Below, piece after piece: positions 60,937-64,000 of a stretch of DNA of 64,000 nt. The stretch comes from Acidobacteriota bacterium (lineage in GTDB: Bacteria; Acidobacteriota; UBA6911), in contig OY761556.1 in assembly GCA_963664705.1 (NCBI GenBank), positions 3,328,001-3,392,000 on the forward strand. Reading direction: 5' to 3'. Each line of letters opens with the position of its first letter. Positions within the stretch are counted from its first letter, which is position 1. The notes below the pieces were generated by a model. That model was not told the origin of the DNA. It saw only the letters and a list, made by a program, of their open reading frames with translations, and ran no database searches. Both the position numbers and the translations under genes were made by a program.

Positions 60937-63627
60937 ATGAGAACTCGTTTGTGGATCCTCCTGTTTATCCTGGCGGCGGCTATTGGCTCCCGCGCGGGAA
61001 ATCAAAATACATACCCACTTGCAGAGGAGCGCGGGACCGCGGGTATCCTGGCGGCGCTGGAAAAGCTGCCCGTTTATGTGCACGTGCTTCAGACCACCGC
61101 CCATCCGGACGACGAAAGCGCGGGAACCCTGACGTGGCTCGCAAGGAAATTTCATGCGCGGACCGCTCTTTTTTGCCTGACCCGCGGAGAGGGAGGCCAG
61201 AACATTCTCGGAAACGAGAAATATGAGGAGCTGGGCCTTGTGCGGTCGGGAGAATTGCTCCAGGCATGCAGATATTACGGAGTTGATCTCTATTTCGGAA
61301 CAGCCGTCGACTTCGGATTTTCCAAAACCGCGGAGGAAACGCTTGCGAAGTGGGGGCACGAAGAAACTCTGGAGGGGATGGTTCGATTTATCCGTCAGTA
61401 CCGCCCGGATATTATTTTATCGAGATTCCAGGGAAATGCGGCGGACGGGCATGGACATCACCAGGCGGCAGGCATAGTGACGCGCGAAGCCTTCGGGGCT
61501 GCGGCCGATCCGACAAGATTTCCGCAGCAAATAAAGGAAGGTCTCCAACCCTGGAAGTCAAAAAAGCTGTATGTAAGCAGCATGAGCGCGGATATGGCTC
61601 CGGCCACCGAAGGCTCACAGGACGGGGTTGTCCGCATCCCTGTAGGCGATTATAGCCCTGCACTAGGACTGTCCTACCGGGAGATAGCCAGCGAAGGATA
61701 TAGCAAACATCGCACTCAGGGTAATGGCGCCACCGCATCACAGCCGGGGCGGTCCTATGAATACTTCAGGCTGACTGCGGCAGCGCAAGGAACACGATCG
61801 GCGGGAAACAGTTTCTTTGATGCCATCGATACTTCACTCAATGCAATCTACGAACTGGCCGGTGATGAAAAGAACAAGGCGAGCTTTCTCAAGGAAGACC
61901 TGCAGGCCATTCAGCAATGTGCGGTTGAGGCCTTACAGTCATTTCGGTATGCGCATCCTGAAGGCAGTGCGCCCGCGGCAGCCCGGGGAGTGCAGCATAT
62001 AGACCGGCTTATCAAGAAAGTGGATTCATCGGCGTTGTCTGATTCGACGCGAACGATACTGCTGGATGCCCTGCACGAAAAACTCCGGGATTTCCAGAAT
62101 GCGGTTCACGCAACCCTGGGGATTCTCCTTATAGCTAGAACGCAGGACCTTGCGGCTGTTCCGGGCGAAAAGGAACCGTTCAATCTGTATTTCTATAATC
62201 AGGGCTCTGAATCTGTCTCCATCTCCGGCGTGCGTGCAGTATCGACGCGTGATAAAGGCAAGGTTTCCTTTGCCGTGGATAGCCCCTCCAGCAAACAGAT
62301 CCCCGGAGGAGGATCATTGGTCATGGCAGGCATTTTCGAATTATCTCCTGCCGCAGGTGTTACCGAACCCTTCTGGAGCTTGGAGAATAACTCCGAGGCC
62401 CGCTATAGGATATTGCGTAAGCAGGACGAATTCGCACCCTTTGGCCCATCTGAGTTGAAGACGGAGGTTCGATATCTGTTCCAGGGCAACGAAATCGCTA
62501 TCGATGCGGAAGGGATGGCTCAGGCCGGAGACCCTATCCGAGGATCTGATTTCCAGGATTTTCAGATCGTACCGGCACTTTCGATTGCATTGAACCCCAA
62601 GGTAGTCATCGCTCCAATATCCGGCAGCCAGGACGTCCACGAGTTCCAGGCTTCCGTTCTGAATAATCAAGGGAGCGGAGTGCGAGGAACCCTGGCGCTT
62701 GCCGCCCCCGCAGGCTGGAAAGTAGAGCCGTTGGAAAGAGACTTCGAGCTTTCTCGAAAGGGTGAAACCTATACAACGACCTTCAAGGTTCGCTCCCCGG
62801 CAGGGATCAAAACCGGAAACCACTCCATTGAAGCGGTGGCGCGTGTCGGGACGCAGGAGTACCGGCGGGGATACCATACAATTTCCTATCCTGAAAACTG
62901 GACCAGGAATTTCTACATTCCGGCGCAATCCAAGATCGATAGATTCGATATACGGATTGCTCCCGGGCTCATGGTCGGATACATTCCGGGCGCCGGAGAT
63001 GACGTCCCCAATGCCCTTGAGCAATTGGGAATCAAGGTTCAGACACTTTCGGCATCCGACCTTGCTTACGGCGATCTCCGCCGTTTCGCGGCGATTGTCA
63101 CGGGGATTCGAGCCTACAACGTGAATGAGGACCTGAGAGCCAACAATCGACGCCTTTTGAACTATGTTGCCGAAGGCGGAACGTTGGTTGTTCAATATGT
63201 GCGCCCGATGGAGAGGCCGGCTCGTGGAAGCCAGGGGTCTCCGTTTCTCTATGGCCCCTACCCTATGAGTGTTTCGGAATCGGATCGCATCACGGTCGAG
63301 GATTCCCCAATCAAAATCCTCGACACCGCCAATCCGGTATTCTCCGGACCAAACAAAATCACCGATGCGGATTTCCGGGATTGGGTACAGGAGCGTGGTC
63401 TCTATTTTATGAATTCATGGGATTCCCACTATACTCCATTGCTGTCGGGAAATGATCCCGGCGAGGAGCCCAAGAAAGGCGGAATGCTTTACGCAAAATA
63501 CGGCAATGGCCACTACATCTATAGCGCCTATTCCTGGTTCCGCCAGCTTCCTGCCGGAGTCCCGGGCGCATTCCGGATTTTCGCAAATATGCTGAGCCTT
63601 GGGAAAAGCACGGCAAATTCCAAATAA
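60937..63627 (+). CDS. Secreted PIG-L family deacetylase with NEW3-like and C-terminal GATase-like domains
   Basis: Signal peptide, AHPDDE, TRGEGGQN, DFGFSK, HGHH, WVQERG, RQLPAGVPGAFR. Confidence 0.88.
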   Translation: MRTRLWILLFILAAAIGSRAGNQNTYPLAEERGTAGILAALEKLPVYVHVLQTTAHPDDESAGTLTWLARKFHARTALFCLTRGEGGQNILGNEKYEELGLVRSGELLQACRYYGVDLYFGTAVDFGFSKTAEETLAKWGHEETLEGMVRFIRQYRPDIILSRFQGNAADGHGHHQAAGIVTREAFGAAADPTRFPQQIKEGLQPWKSKKLYVSSMSADMAPATEGSQDGVVRIPVGDYSPALGLSYREIASEGYSKHRTQGNGATASQPGRSYEYFRLTAAAQGTRSAGNSFFDAIDTSLNAIYELAGDEKNKASFLKEDLQAIQQCAVEALQSFRYAHPEGSAPAAARGVQHIDRLIKKVDSSALSDSTRTILLDALHEKLRDFQNAVHATLGILLIARTQDLAAVPGEKEPFNLYFYNQGSESVSISGVRAVSTRDKGKVSFAVDSPSSKQIPGGGSLVMAGIFELSPAAGVTEPFWSLENNSEARYRILRKQDEFAPFGPSELKTEVRYLFQGNEIAIDAEGMAQAGDPIRGSDFQDFQIVPALSIALNPKVVIAPISGSQDVHEFQASVLNNQGSGVRGTLALAAPAGWKVEPLERDFELSRKGETYTTTFKVRSPAGIKTGNHSIEAVARVGTQEYRRGYHTISYPENWTRNFYIPAQSKIDRFDIRIAPGLMVGYIPGAGDDVPNALEQLGIKVQTLSASDLAYGDLRRFAAIVTGIRAYNVNEDLRANNRRLLNYVAEGGTLVVQYVRPMERPARGSQGSPFLYGPYPMSVSESDRITVEDSPIKILDTANPVFSGPNKITDADFRDWVQERGLYFMNSWDSHYTPLLSGNDPGEEPKKGGMLYAKYGNGHYIYSAYSWFRQLPAGVPGAFRIFANMLSLGKSTANSK

Positions 63628-63642
63628 GGCTCGCGGCCGACG

Positions 63643-64000
63643 TTAGCGTTGGACGTGAGGCGCTGAACCGGCGAAGGGCCATTCATGGCGGAGCTTTGAT
63701 CGAATCAGGAAGACTGCGGATCCCACCGCCAGAACGACGACGGCAAATATCAGAGATTTCATGGCGGCGGTCGACAGAATATACAACCACCCCAGAATAG
63801 AAATTATCCCGGGCACGGGATACAGCCACATTCGGAAGGGCCGATTCATTTCAGGGGCACGAAACCGAAGCACAAACAAACCGATGGCCTGCGGCAGATA
63901 CTGTATCAGCACACGAGTCGCCACGAGGCTGCCGATAACATCCGGCAGTTTGCCGAGGCTGAACACCGAGGCAATGAGTCCAAGGATCACAAGCGAAACG
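63643..64000 (-). CDS. APC family amino acid permease, C-terminal part (truncated by window edge)
   Basis: Hydrophobic; LRFRAPEMNRPFRMWLYPVP motif. Confidence 0.8.
   Translation of the reverse strand, partial: VSLVILGLIASVFSLGKLPDVIGSLVATRVLIQYLPQAIGLFVLRFRAPEMNRPFRMWLYPVPGIISILGWLYILSTAAMKSLIFAVVVLAVGSAVFLIRSKLRHEWPFAGSAPHVQR

Overview
A 64-kb chromosomal segment of mostly housekeeping genes from a moderately GC-rich bacterium. Acidobacteriota with anaerobic-type enzymes is an inference from LptD style, bshC, CHAD-HD, AOR and AprAB-like genes. It carries lysC-dapB-dapA, rocA/pruA, ctaB, lon, gcvT-gcvH, a divergent SHMT, an AprA/AprB-like flavoprotein-ferredoxin pair, an aldehyde:ferredoxin oxidoreductase, an Hpt/histidine kinase/receiver module, a second aspartate kinase, gap-pgk-tpiA-secG-tRNA-Leu, an orphan groEL, lptD-folK-panC-like, dacB-moaD-moaE, SRP RNA-dnaX-recR, an RND pump, RqcH, manC-argG and bshC with a secreted PIG-L protein. 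I saw no transposase, integrase, prophage or CRISPR array. The most notable unannotated signals are: (1) a small membrane ORF coupled to DUF302 with an in-frame UGA in a T-U-M-S-E-S-C context (candidate selenoprotein); (2) a full-length PanC homologue with the key catalytic motifs replaced; (3) a 332-bp tandem repeat that re-copies the 3' end of that gene around a small element with a perfect 29-bp inverted repeat; (4) a terminator-like hairpin inside the gap operon leader; (5) a sigma54-type promoter in front of an orphan small protein. All family assignments come from motif recognition by eye, not from database searches.
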